Shown: piece after piece, positions 46,195-59,900 of the stretch
How positions within the stretch are numbered: the first letter of the stretch is position 1
Layout: every line of letters starts with the position of its first letter
Source of the DNA: Setoptus koraiensis
Lineage: Eukaryota > Animalia > Arthropoda
Length of the DNA: 64,000 nucleotides
Direction: 5' to 3'
Assembly: GCA_048013815.1 (NCBI GenBank)
Contig: CM106585.1
Span: forward strand, 10,106,001 to 10,170,000
Notes under the pieces: generated by a model
Databases searched by the model: none
Told to the model about the DNA's origin: nothing
Seen by the model: the letters and a program-made list of their open reading frames with translations, nothing else
Position numbers and translations under genes: made by a program

Positions 46195-46535
46195 TTGAAA
46201 CCTCTCAAGTTTCACCAACGAATCGCCTGGCCGCATTCTTTGGCTCTCTATACTGTGTGTATATACGATAGTAATAACAACAATAATGAATAATAATAAT
46301 AATAATGAATAATAATAATAATCGCATTCGAAATGTTTATTGATTTTAATCTTTTATTTTATTTTTCTAGATTTTCTCTCCAATCGACATTATCGATACA
46401 TCGACCTCATTGGGCGACTCTCATCTTTACATTTATCTGGCTGCGTCACTCGTCACGTATATCAGCGTTGCTACTTTGCAGTTTGCATTCTCATAACCAT
46501 CGTATAGCCAAATATCGTGCTGCTAGGTGGCGGTT

Positions 46536-47060
46536 TTAATGTTTGACGATGGCCACTTTTGCGGTGGTTGCCGCAACAACGGCCGCCACCACGGGCTTGG
46601 CGGTTGTCGCCGGTGCGGGCTCGGCAACGGTCTGGTTGGTTGTTATTGTTGTAATTGTCTTCTTGATGATGATCTTGGTGGCCGGCTTCTTAGTGGTGGT
46701 CGGATCGGCTGCCTTCACAACTGTCTCGGTCTTCTTTACCACGGCTGCGGGTGCCGCTGTTGTTGAGGGCGCCACTACCACCGCAACGGTCGGTTTTGCT
46801 GTGGATGCGGCCACAACCACGGCCGCGGTTGGGTGTGCGCTCGGGGCCGCTGCCGCAATCACCGCAACTGTCGGTTTTGCGCTCGGGGCCGCTGTAGTGG
46901 TGGTCTTGATCTCAGTGGTAGTTACGGTGGTGACATTTTTAGCCGGCGCAGCCGTTGTAGATGTCACCACTACTGCCACTGGATTGGCATTAATGGTGCT
47001 GCTAGCGACCAGCAAGCAAGCGGATACCGACATAAAAATAAGGCATCTTAGTCCGATCAT
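46536..47060 (-). CDS. Secreted mucin-like Ala/Thr/Val/Pro/Lys-rich protein (174 aa)
   Basis: Signal peptide MIGLRCLIFMSVSACLLVASSTINA and repeats of the AAPSAKPTVAV type. Confidence 0.7.
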   Translation of the reverse strand: MIGLRCLIFMSVSACLLVASSTINANPVAVVVTSTTAAPAKNVTTVTTTEIKTTTTAAPSAKPTVAVIAAAAPSAHPTAAVVVAASTAKPTVAVVVAPSTTAAPAAVVKKTETVVKAADPTTTKKPATKIIIKKTITTITTNQTVAEPAPATTAKPVVAAVVAATTAKVAIVKH

Positions 47061-47998
47061 TTCGTCTGTTTTTGCGGCTCTTTTGGGGCTGAAATAACAA
47101 CTAATTATAACTATTGCTGATGCTAGGCAAACGTACAACGAAACTGGTGCCGGAATCGTAATGAGTGACAAACTAACTAATCTTGAGCGAAACTGATTAT
47201 TATCCAACGAATTGATCAATTTGATCGGATTTATCCGCTTGCTAAAACTAACTTGGCTGGCTTCATTTAATCAGAGCTGGAGCATCAGTAATGTTAGATA
47301 AATTGGAGGATAATTTTTCCATCGTTTTATTTTGTGCTGCCTGTAGGCATTTGTTACGGCTAGACATCGCACTAATTGGTAGATTGGCGAGCGTGCCAGC
47401 TCATAGGCACCCCTCTGATACAGTTGATGTACAGACGCAGGTAGACAGCGTTTTGAGTAGTGCCATGATTAACACAGCGAACACATTATTTCATTGAACA
47501 TATTTTCACTTCTAAGCGATGGATAACAAATTGACGTATTGCCACAACACTTGTTGCAACTTATTTTTTGGCAATAGTGCGAAAAATGATACCCGAGCCA
47601 CAAGATCCGCACTGCAAGACGTCAATTTCACTTACAACCAAACTGTGATTGAAAACATTGAAAAAACAAATGTAAAAACTGATATAGTCTACTAAACTTT
47701 GTTTGCATCGTGTTGTATCGTTTGTGTGCGATACATATTGTAGCAACTCATACAAAAAATAAGAGCAGTTGAAAAGAAAAAACAAAAAGTCAAATCTGAG
47801 GATGTGGCCGATAGTGAGTGAATTAAAATGAATAGATAGCTTGCTTTCTATGTGAATGGTAATGCGACGAAACACGTGGGAAAGAACTGCACTCTGTTAG
47901 GCCAAACTCTAATCACGCAAACGGTTGCGACGATGAAACCGGAAGCTCGGTTGCAAATAATGGTCAAATGAACTAATCAGTGTTTAAATTGCGTCAGT

Positions 47999-48430
47999 TT
48001 ATTTCGAAATTTCACGAAGATCCATTTGTTTAACAAGTTTGAGGGTCTTCTCTAGTTCTTCGCAACTGTGTTTTGCTGTGCTCATTTCATCCTGGATTTT
48101 TGTCATGGCATGATGTTTCACCCGGGACACGTTATAAAAGGCCCCCTTCTCAGACTCCTGCTCATTAATTTTGCTCTTATTTCTTGCTCTTTCATAGGAT
48201 CTTTTGGCCCTCGAGAAGGCCCGCTCGAGATCGTCGACATTTGTTTTACATTTTTCCACCTTCCTCTCTAAATCATGCTTCTTTAGGAAGGACTTGGTCT
48301 GGCTCATTGTTGTCTGTTGCTCGTCAGCTTGATTATCATCATCAGGTAAGCATCGGACGTGTCTTAAATTTATCAAGAGAACTAGAGCAAACGTAAATAA
48401 TGCTGATCTGAAATAAAGACTTCCCTCCAT
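47999..48430 (-). CDS. Orphan small secreted helical/coiled-coil protein (143 aa)
   Basis: Signal peptide (...LVLLINLRHVRC) and a charged helical body with two Cys. Confidence 0.7.
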   Translation of the reverse strand: MEGSLYFRSALFTFALVLLINLRHVRCLPDDDNQADEQQTTMSQTKSFLKKHDLERKVEKCKTNVDDLERAFSRAKRSYERARNKSKINEQESEKGAFYNVSRVKHHAMTKIQDEMSTAKHSCEELEKTLKLVKQMDLREISK

Positions 48431-51400
48431 CGTGCTGATGTTATTATCACATTATGCTGCAACTACTGCAACAATTTTAAACAATAACAACAACAAAAGA
48501 GATTCTATCAGTCGACCCCCGCATGCACTTACTGAGTACTTCATGAATATAAAGCAACAATTGTTATTTATACGCCACAATATTTGGGTCGTATCATCTC
48601 AGTACATTCTATTTTGGTACATTTCATAGAAGGGACATTTAGTAGGACGAGAATTTGTCGGTCGAACACCCCATGCAGGTATATGTATGATTTTACTAGA
48701 GATACTTTCATTATTCATTACTTTCATTATTATGAGAGAAGATGGAAAGTTTCTGAAATTGAAAGGAGAAGTGCGCTGGTTTTTCTAGTTTTTCACTAAA
48801 ATCGCGTGACATCACCAACTTTTTCTTGTTTTATTTAGTTGATTGAGATGCGTTGATAAAAAAAAATCAACCTTGTATTGGCGTATCTTTCATGGTGAAG
48901 CAGGGCTTCATGGTCAGAATTACGCGAAAAAGAAGCTTGGGACGTGGAATGCACACAGCAATAGAAATACAGCCAGATTTTTGGGTTACACCGAGATCTT
49001 TTCAATCGTGCCCCATTTTTCGGTATCGAAGTGAAAAAGATCAGTTCGAAATGAGTCAACCTCTGTTGAGTCTTTTCTTTTTTCGCCGGAAAGATCCCGA
49101 GTCTCCATGCGATAAGCACTTATATCTGATCTGAGCACACATTTATTGCATTTGTTTTTATGTCCCATATGAGGGTTTGCTTTGTTTGGAAAAATGGAGC
49201 GCTCATTGTGATTGTTCTGTTACGGTGAGGCACGCGCTAATTTTAGGTGCGTCGAATTGAAAACAAAACGGGGCTTGGTGTTGTCCACCAATCGCATCTT
49301 GTTCGGCCTCTCGATCTGACAAGATCCGATAGGACGGGCCTAGCACCTGTCAGCAGCATGGCACATTGTGTATCTACAACAGTAGCCACTGACAAATAGC
49401 CATCAGACACTGGATTGCGTCGGGCAATAGCTGACTGGCTGTCAGCCACGAGTAACACTGTTTCCCTCGGCCAGTTCTTGGGCTGGTAAAGTTCAATCGG
49501 GCGACTTTGAGACGCCAAACAAACTGCCTCCGCAACTGCGGTTACAATAGTGGCCAACAAACGCAACTCAGCTGGCTGTCATTACCTAACACCCATCACT
49601 TTGAATGGGTCTGGTTGGTTTTCATTCAGAGTTTTCTTCACACTCACAGTACAGTTATCCTGTTGCTCGTTGCAACCAATTTGCGGCCGCCCTACGCTGC
49701 TCATTACGCTCATTGCGCTCATTGCGCTCATTGCGCTCGTTCGATCACCCAATCAGCTGATCGTTGGTTACATGTTGGTCGTTGCAAACAAACTGGACAG
49801 CTACTTGGCTAGCCAGACGGGCCAGATGACGCAAGAGGCGACCAACAAGCCAGATGAGGTGCCGTTCAATTTGGAAGCGCAAAAATTCTTCAACATACAA
49901 GCTCGATGTTGCTGCTGTCGTTGGTGTTGCTGTTGTCGCTGTTGTTGTTGCTGCTGTGTGATGTGTGATGTGATCAACATGAAAAAGAATGATTGATGAT
50001 GCAGCGGCAGCAGCAGCGTTCAATTGCGTAACACTGCTGGCAACTCTATATCCATTGTGCGTCCTCTCATCTTCGACTTACATCTTATTCCAACCAATGG
50101 CTGTGTGTGTGTGTGTGTGTATCAAGCAAAGGCCATTCTTCACTATTGAGATATCTCTATTTGGTGGTATTTGTTCTGTGTGTGTGTTATTTAATGTTGT
50201 CTAATGGCCAGCACTCTCATCGGGCCAATTTGGCCCATTGGTTGGTTCGTTCATCATTACTCACAATGAGAATCGATCGAAAGGCTACCCTTTGTCCGGT
50301 CTCATTCAGGCTTATCGGCCGCTCGTCTACGAACTGTGGTGGCGAAGCGTGAGTGTTGGCTGATGCGTATGTGGCAAGATTAGCACACTATTATCAACAG
50401 CAATGGTGCAACAATCAACAGAATCACGCTCATTTAATCTATTATTCTTGTTGTTACACTTGTTGTGTAGCATTCATTTATATACATGTTGAGGCAAGTT
50501 TGAATATAAGAGATGGCAACGAGTGTTTGTGTTACTGTGTGTTGCTGCAACTGTGGATAATGACTGGCTGACTGCAAATTGAGCGTTGTTGTCCGAGCCA
50601 CGACGACGATGACATGGAAGCGACCAATCGCCAGCGCAAGATTCCATGCTGGCCCACAGGCTCGCATCGCCAACTATGAACTGGATTCGTACAACTTCGT
50701 TGGATTACGAATTACGAATTACGAAATAGCAATTGCAAATTGTTAAGTGCCAACTGAGAAGAACACTGGCAATCAAAAAGTTGGATGCTACCAGGCAGTT
50801 GGAACGCGCAACAGGCAAACTTGCCCCAAACAGACTGCTTGCTCTTTATTATCTTTATCATTTTTGTTGTGTATCATCGAGAACGATTATTATCACAGCC
50901 AGTGGAGTTTATTTAAGTTTAGTTTAAAACTTGTTTCGCACTTTCTTGCTGCCACTTCTACTTCGCTCGCCCTCTCGCTAGCTATCTGCTTGTTCGCTCT
51001 CTATCTATTCATGCTCCATTGACAATAATTCCATTGTTGTCCATCCATTTACTAGCATAATGCCAGCAACGGCACACTGCTGACACATAATAATAACACA
51101 TAATAATAACTAACAGCACACATATTAAATAATAATGCCTAAATAATGCTAATTGTTGCCATTGTTGTGCTCGCCTCTAGATACAATGCAAACCAAGAAA
51201 CACACACAAACTGACACAAAAGACGTAACAGCAACAATTAATGATCAGCACACAATGAGAGATAGGCCTTAATCACTTAATGATGTCACTTAATAGTCAC
51301 TTAGTCTGATATAGTCCAGTGAATAGTAATGACAGCCAGAATTGTCTGTGCGTAGGCTATTTATCACGCTACTATAAAACTATTCAATTGGACCATTTCA

Positions 51401-52271
51401 CATATAACTCATGCTGCCAAATGTTATGAATGATGATACATAATAATTATTTGTATATTTGTGTATCAAAAACAACAATAACCGCAGCCAAGACAAACAA
51501 TGGCGTCAGCGTAATCTGTTTGTGCTGCATAGCAAGCCTATAAGTAAGTGCTAATGAGTGTTCGGTGGTGCTGCCCACCAGATAACAATCTCTTTGGCCT
51601 ATACCAAATTACATTGCTCAGTGGAATTTTCTACAGATGTTCAGATATTATATTATATTATATTATATACACCGATGCCGGTGGTCAGTGTTTGCCTTGT
51701 AACAGGCACACACGAGAAACTGCCACTACTAATGGCTAATCAATTAGTTAATTAGTTCACTTGTTGGCTATTTTAATATTAATGTGTCTATTACAATTTA
51801 TTGTTTGTTCAATTTAGTGCTGTTCAATTATATAATTATCAGGTAGCATTCTTGTCCATTATCTAACATAGTCTAAAGTGTTGTGTCGCTTGTAGCGCGT
51901 TGTAGAGCGTTGTAGAGCGTGCTGCTGCTGCCAACGCCATAATTGTGTGTGCTTTTTGGCAATCCTTTGGTGCAGAACGGCGTCGATGCGTAAACGCGCG
52001 AATGGTGCGCGAATAGTTTGCGTCACTTTGCGCGATGTCGCGCCAATTGTCTAGGCTTCAATGGGAGTACGCAGCAGCAACGCGACAGCACAAAAACGCG
52101 ACGAGATAGGCCAACGCACCATTTTTGCCCGTCAATGCTAAATTTTAGCAGCTAAAACGTGATGTATAACGTTAATAATGATGATGCCGCCACATCATTG
52201 TTCGAGTGTCATAGTCAATCTATAATATGAATATAATTGTGCGTGTGCGTTGATTGTGCCGAGAGCCAGTG

Positions 52272-55200
52272 TTAGCTCGTAGTTGTGGCCTCGTTGCTGA
52301 CGGAGACGCTGTTTGAGGCGAGCCAATAGTTGTTGTGGTGCTGATTTGAGGCCGCGGCCACAGCGACGGCCGCCACCTGATGATGGGGACTGAGATGGTG
52401 GTGATGATTGAGAGCGGCGGCTGCCTGGCTAGTGTTGTTGTGGGCCGCATTCAAATGATGATGATGATTGAGTGCCGAGGCAGCATGATGATGATGGTGA
52501 TTGTGATGCTGCAGTGCCACCGCGGCCGCGCTCGTCGGCTGGCCAGCAGCCAGGCTGCTGAAATGATGATGATGCTGATTGAAGGTGCTGGCGTATTGAT
52601 CCATGGTTGCGGCGTCGTTGGCCAGCTGACCAGTGAACATGTTCATTACCTATAGAAACAATGGGACAATTTGTTGCAGATTGGATAATTTAATTATTTT
52701 AATTTGTGTGAATGTGTGAATTTTTGAGGCGATCATGCGGAGAGAGAGAGAGAGAGAGAGAGCGACAAAAAACGAGGTTAGTTTTTGAGCAATTGCTGTT
52801 TATTTATTGGTGGCGCGCGGTGTTGCTTTGTGGCCGCTCGACTTGGCTGATTGGCGCGACCGAGCGGCCATTTGAGACCAGAGACGGCATTTTAGTTGCC
52901 AGTCAACAATGGTTAGCGGTAGTTAGCGGCGGCGAGAAATATAATCTGTGCAGTGCTCAGATCAAAGCGTTCGGGCCGCCAGAACGGACAGTTATGAGTG
53001 AAAAATAACTGTTCATCGGCAACGGCGGAGGTGGCGTACTCCTCGTTGCCACCGACTTTTCTCTCTCTATTGCAACTTTTCTCTCTTTTGCAACTTTTCT
53101 CTCTTTTGCAACTTTACTCTCTTGTGCTCGCATAAATGCGTGAATTCATTCGCCGTTTCGATGCGTTCGTGTGTGTGTGTGTGTGTCAATGTCCAGTACA
53201 TGCGATCTGGCCCGATTTGCGCGCACACACACACGCTGATTGTGGCAATTGTTCGTGTTGTCGGGCCAACTGGAGTGCGAACAATGCGCGCGAATCAGCG
53301 CAAATTGAGCGCCCGCAAATTGTTTGTTGGTGGTATTTTGATGATAATGGCGCACAAGTGCGAGATCAGCGCCAACAAGAGCAAAAAGAGAGCGAAAAAG
53401 AGAGAAATTGTATCAAAATTGTGCCTGTTTGTCGGGCGCACAAGCGACGACACATGATGCGCTCATGTTGTTTCAAATCATCATCATCATCATGAGATGA
53501 AAGATGCCTTTTGTGGTCGGACTTTCTAGACCGGCCACTGTGATTAACAGCGAGGTATTGTGTTATAAAGCATGAATAATTCATTCATTCTTTGCGCTGC
53601 GACTCATTCATTTTGCATTGCGTTCATTGTTAACCTCACAAGTTGGCCGGCAACAAATGAACGCAACAACTTGTAAGATATTGCTCGTTTGCCGTTCCGT
53701 CAGAGCGAGCGCCGTCGGCCCACCGTTGCCTGCCCCCTGCCCCTCAACAGTCGGCCGCAACAATCGCAGCCTGTCCGCCGAGCCGATGGATAAGCGTGAA
53801 TCGATCGATCGCCCTACTCGCTCGCCGGCATTCATCATTGGGCATTGTCTCTGGCGGCCGGCCGGCCGGCCGGTCTGGCCAATCTATAGCACATCATTCA
53901 ATCAAAGGAAATCTCATTGTGAATTTGATTATTAATTGAATGTACCATCTTCACTGCAGCCCACCGTCCATTTGTCTAGTTAGTCGTAGTGCCTGCTAGC
54001 ACTGGTGCGGGCCAGAGCTAATCAAAGCTGACAAGTGTCGACTAATGATCAACGAGCAGTCGACAGCAAGCTAACTCGTCGACGACCTATAAAACGCAAG
54101 CAGCAAGCCGGCGCCGTCGCCGTCGGGCCGCCAAAAATGGCTCGACCGACGCTCGCTGCTCGTCGACCTATAATCTAGCCATGGACCACCAGCGCATTGC
54201 TTCATGTTATAATCATCGTCCATGACTTATGTAAATCTGCAAATCTTTTCGCTTATCCATATTCCAGCACAACAACAAAATATGCACATATTTTGATGGC
54301 ATGAATGGCAAACACATCAGCTTGCCAAATCTATCTAAATCTAATAAAGAAAAAGCAAAGGGGGAGCTCCTAACATGATGAGCCTACTGCTACAACTGGT
54401 ATGCAAATTTCGCTCTATGCTCGCTACCATACTTCAGCGGTGCCCAGCATGAATGTAATAACCTTTTGATGAAATTTCCATAAGGCCATTCAGTCGTCGT
54501 ATCGTCTCTCTCTCTCATACACACACACACATGAGACGCGAATGTGAACATGTAACGTAAAGACTGTGTCGCTTGCTCTCTCGAACAACGAGAAAAAAAG
54601 AGGAGGATTATTCTTCCTTTTTGGCATTACTTTTCCAATTTGAATATCGAATTCGTCCGACAAACTACTACTTTGCATTTTGACTTTTGAGCAGCAAACT
54701 GGCATGCATAAATACAGTACAGTTCGAGTCATTGTGTGCATGCTTAATTAGTGAATAAAACACGAAACTTGCAAGTTGAAGCGAATTGTCGCAACTAACG
54801 GACGCTCAGTACTCACAATCAGAGTGTGTCACCTGCTGAGAGAGGTGGCCAGGTTACAACAGATGAGTGCACTATGTCAGCAGGCAATTAATATGGCAAT
54901 ATTAAAAGGGATTCTCCAACAACAAAACATCAACTGCAATTAACGACCAGCAACAACCGAAAACTATGTAATGTAATGATAACATACAACAAAATGTCAT
55001 GTGCCACTAACAAGTTGGCCATGCTAACAACGGCGGACAGCCGATGACACGAGAATCGTAATAACAAAGTCATTAAATAGTCCATCATGCCCACTGACAC
55101 TAGCCCTAGTTGTTGTTCGAACAGACCATCTAATCTAATCAGGGGTGGATATGCCACAATAAACAACAAGAATGTCACCATCGCTTGTCATGTCACTCGA

Positions 55201-56972
55201 TGCGTTCATGCGTGCTCACAAGAACATGTTAAGTTGATCCATTTATGTATTAATAGGTTCACATATAGAACTACTGGCTGCCTTCTGACAACAACGTCAT
55301 GCATCAAGTAGCAGAGACTTCGGTGTAATGACACTGATTTTCGACTTGACTCCAAGGAATTTGCGTTGTCATGTGCGTTGCATGCCATTGGTTTATATTT
55401 GGTATTTATTTATCATAGCGCATGCATACAAACTTGCCAGATTAAACGTCATGTCAGTGCTCATAAGAATCATTTGTTCAAGCGCTAGGCAAATTGGTCA
55501 GCAGTCAAGTTTAAATTGAAATAAAAAAACTGACTTACGGATTGCGGGGGCGAATGCACACTCACCTGAGATTGTATAGCCGCTGCCGAATTGGCTATGT
55601 AGGACGATGAGGCAGGTAGATTATTAGTATCATTGACTCCATAGGCGCCATTGGCACCTGTTGAGTTGTTGCCGCTTGATTCAGTGGCCGATGCAGCGCC
55701 AGTTGATGTTGCTGACGAGCCGCCAGAGGAGTTGGCAGATGAATTTTGTAGTTGCTGTTGTGATCCTGATGAAGATGATGATATCATGTGCTGTTGACTT
55801 TGTTGTTGCTGGTGCTGCTGATGCTGTTGTTGTTGATGTTGTTGCTGTTGGTGCTGGTGCTGCTGGTGGTGCTGCTGGTGCTGGTGTTGTTGTTGCTGGT
55901 GCGAATGCTGTTGTTGATGCTGCTGTTGGTGGTGTGAGTGTTGCTGATGTTGGTGCTGTTGCATTTGTGTTTGGCTCTGGTGGTGATGATGGTGTCCATA
56001 GGGATAAATGGACGGTAGTGAGGCTGCCGCAACTGCGGCCGCTGCAGCAACTGCCGATGTTACGGCGGCCGACGACGACACTGAGCCCGAGTTTGATGAA
56101 ACTGGCGACGGAGTTGTTGGCGCATAATTGTTAGTAATTAATTGTTCATGCAGGTGAACTCCTGCAAGCAATTGGGGGCGTAAGAATGGGGCTTGTATCA
56201 GTTATCGAAAACGTACGTACAGATTGGCGATTTGTATATCAAATCATCATATAATCATCAAGTGTCGGTGCTGGTTGCAGCAACCAGTTTGTGTACTCAC
56301 CATTGCCAGAGTTGTCAATATTAGAAGCTTGCACTGAGTGACTATTGTTCATGTGTGAAGAAGAGTTAGTTGAAGCTGAATTTGCCTGTGAGGCCGTGTG
56401 ATAATGTAGTGCCGCCGCAGCCATGGCCGCATCCGTGGGACTCTGATGATGACTCAAATGATGATGACTACTTAGGCCCTGTTGGCCTAATTGAGATGCT
56501 GACGATCCACCGCTCGCTTGTCCGCTAGAGCTCGTTCCGGACTGGCCACAGGCCGACATGTTGGTGGCGCCTGATGCGTTATTTGTGGTGCCATTATTTG
56601 AATTGTTGCCTGCCGACATGTGAAACGAATATGGATTGTGTTGTGCGCTTAATTGGTGATATTGATGCGTCAAATTGTGATGATGATGATGATTAGAGGA
56701 CGACGACGATGGCGATGAATGCTGATGATGATGGTGATGCTGATGAGCGGCAACGGCAACAGCGGCCGCTGCGGCATTAGTGGCCGCCGCCACTGCCTGG
56801 CTACTAGTGGCGGGAATCGGAACAACGGATTGAGCAGCGGCCGCCGACACAACAGAATAGGCCGCCGCAGCCGAGTGCATGGTGGGCGTCAGGCCCGCCA
56901 ATGAGAAATGGGGATACTTTTGGCTTCCGTTGGTTTGTTTGCGAAATCTGGCCCGTCTATTGCTGAACCAAA
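52272..56972 (-). CDS. Pax3/7: 3' exons of a Pax3/7 (paired/gooseberry)-class homeobox gene: 56972-56301, 56161-55566 (or 55539), 52649-52272
   Basis: An acceptor is followed by VWFSNRRARFRKQ (Ser50 homeodomain helix 3, Pax3/7-type RARxRKQ). Phase-consistent splice sites AATG|GTGAGT, GCAG|GAGTT and TATAG|GTAATG. Upstream exons not located. Confidence 0.8.
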
Positions 56973-59900
56973 CCTGTTGTGTATGCAAGAGTTATATGAG
57001 ATGTTATATAGGCCGGGATAAGTTGACGGGTTAATTAGTTATAATTAATTAATTAGAGTATTGAATTAATAATTAGAGTATCGAATAGTAAGTCATTATC
57101 GAGTTATTAGTAGCGAGGATGAGTCGTTGCCGAGGCACGCAGCGTCGCGAGAGGCCCGATAAGCTGGCCATCGGGCGGCCGCCGGGTGTCATCATCGGTT
57201 GGCCTATATGGCCGGCATTAGTGATATGGGATCACACACAACGATCAGCTAATAGTTTAATCAATGACCGGTGGCGCTCGCCTCGCTGTCCAAACAACAG
57301 GCCAGATCTGAGCTGGCGATTGGGCTGCCGCTAGTAAGCGGCAGTCATGCACCAAAGTGCAACAAATTGAGGATCTATGCATTGCGTGCGATTAAATGCC
57401 AAGTTAAATAACAAGCTGGCTCTCCATCTCTCGTCCGCTCGGGCGATTGATCGATAATAGAACCAATGACTGTTGACCCGAAGCGATAATCAATGAGCGC
57501 TGCCATGTTGCTGTTGTTGGTTTTGCTAATTGCCCACCAGTGAACATATAGGCTCTAGCAGTCAACAATTGAATATTGGCCGGCAATTATTTCTACCGGT
57601 TGCAACAAGCGCTGACCGGCCAGTATCCCTCAAGCTGTAATTATCTCTTTGCTTTCGTCAATGACCCGACACCGACAGGCTGCTTCTGTTTGTGGAAATA
57701 TGGCAAACTTTGTTTTGCTTGTTTCCTGGAGGTGGCAGCAATAAACACACATACACCGCCTCGCATTGGGCTCTTGGTATACTAGTGCAACAAGTGAAAT
57801 AATAATAATCATGAAACTTGTTGTTGCCGGCATTTGTACTTGTCGGCCAGGCGCGTTTCCTTGGTCTTTGTCGATATTGTCGGTATTATTGAACATACGC
57901 ATTTTCGATAATGGGAGTCGCGCGCATCGCTCAGCCATCGACACAACTGCTGGCTAATCAATTTGTTGTTACGCAACCTGTTACTTATTAGCAACTTTTT
58001 AACAGATTTCCTCTTGCAATAGTTATGACTCGGTCCAATAGTGATCATGGTGCTTGCAATGTTTGTATGTGGCCGAGCCGACAACAACAACAGCAGCAGT
58101 GGCAGCAACAACAACAATGGTCACTAATATCACGCCATATCCCAATGCGGCCGGCTAGAACAGTACAGTTCAGTGTGGCCACTTGGCCATTGGTACGTTT
58201 GCCACTAAAGAAAGTTTGAATAATAATTCGCGCGAGGTCGCCCCGACCGACCGACCGACAAGTCCTAGACATGCTAGTTGGCGCCACAGCTGGTGGTGGC
58301 GATGGTGGTAACTGCACTCGTGCCTGACAAAACTGATTGATGTTGTGAGTGTCGGTGGCGGGTCTTTTTATCCTACTGCTCACGCCGGCGCTGCCACTGC
58401 CACTATTGCATCTCTCATTGTGTCCGATCGAATGTACGTTATATTGATAATTATGCAACATCATGATCATAAATGATAAAGATGGCGCCGGGCCACACAC
58501 CATCACCTGAGCGGGTGTTTGTGTGTGGCGTCCGCCGGTCCGTCCGTCCGTCAGTGTGAAGCGTCAAGTCAAGTGCGATTCGAGTGCGATTCCAGTCAAA
58601 AGTTGAAGTTTTGAGGGAGCAAATTAAATAATAGCATCAGTTTATCGCCACACGCGCTCTCTCTCTCTCTCTCTCTGTCCGGCAGAGTCTGCTCAACCTC
58701 TGCAACTATTTGCCTGTTGCATGATTATTTCGCGACCGAAGCTGCCATCGGCCGACTTTGTGTGAAGTAGTCAAAGGTGCCTACAAAGGTTAATAATGAT
58801 AACTGCATGGCATCGATTGTGTGGTCAATCATTGATCAGCGTTGGGTGCTACCTCACTGAGACTTCTCCTGTCGGGCTCGCTCTCTCGCGAGCTGTCCGT
58901 CGACGTTATTAGTTGTGTTATACATTTGACAGCTCTTTGCTCGGCAAACGGCAACGGCCGATCGCAATCAACAAGGCCACCTCGACGCAGATCGTGTATG
59001 AGCTCCCGCTACACGCCGTAGACGCATCCGAATGATGCTGCTACTCGAACCAAACAACAAAGGTTGCGCTCCAAACAGACACTCACACTTGTTTTATCTC
59101 TCTCTTTCTCTCTCCTCTGATAACTATCCACATTATCTGCTGACCACTGCCGTCAGAAGCAGCAAGTGGTTGCGTGGTGCTGCTGGTGGCGCTGCTGGTG
59201 CTGGCGGCGGCAATGGCGCTCGACAGAGAATGATTGACAGCCAGAAAGCGTGCGCCGAGAGCAAAACTTGATGGACACCAACAAAGAATAATAGCATAAA
59301 AATAATAATATTCGCCATCTTGCTGGGTGTTATTGATCAACAATAAAAGGATATTGAGGTTATTATATTCACTGCTGCTGTTGCTGCTTCTGCTGTTGCT
59401 ATTCATTTTTCACATCTTTATGGCGCCCTTGCGTCTGCCGAACGCTAGCTGGCTGGTGACCAATGGCGGCACCCAACAATCAGTATTATACAATCAAAAG
59501 GAAGAAGCTTGACATGTATATAGGAGCCCGGTCTGCCGATGTACATGTGCGGCTCGAGCTGGCCGAACGGACGGACGACCGACTGGCCAAAGTGCGTTGA
59601 TTGTGGTAGTGCCATTAGTGATCAAAACTAGTGCATCTGTCGTGATCGAGCGCCCTCACATCAATGGTCAGCTGTGGTAACAATTGATAGCTCGATAGAT
59701 GGACTAGTCCATTGTATCAGATCATAGTTATAGGCTCAGCTCCCCAGCCAACAGCTATATCCACTCCAAAATAGACACATGAGCACACACACACACACTG
59801 TAATGTCCGAATAGGTGGTAGTTTAATAGGATAATACGCTAGTGGTTGCGTTTGTCGGGCCAGAGTTCGAATTTGACTTGTTTGACCTGGTTGCCATTGT

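Noticed and set aside
48560-49170. Possible decayed DNA-transposon fragment (and the CGGTT-rich patch at about 44640-44900)
   Set aside because: No TIR, TSD or transposase motif could be identified by eye.
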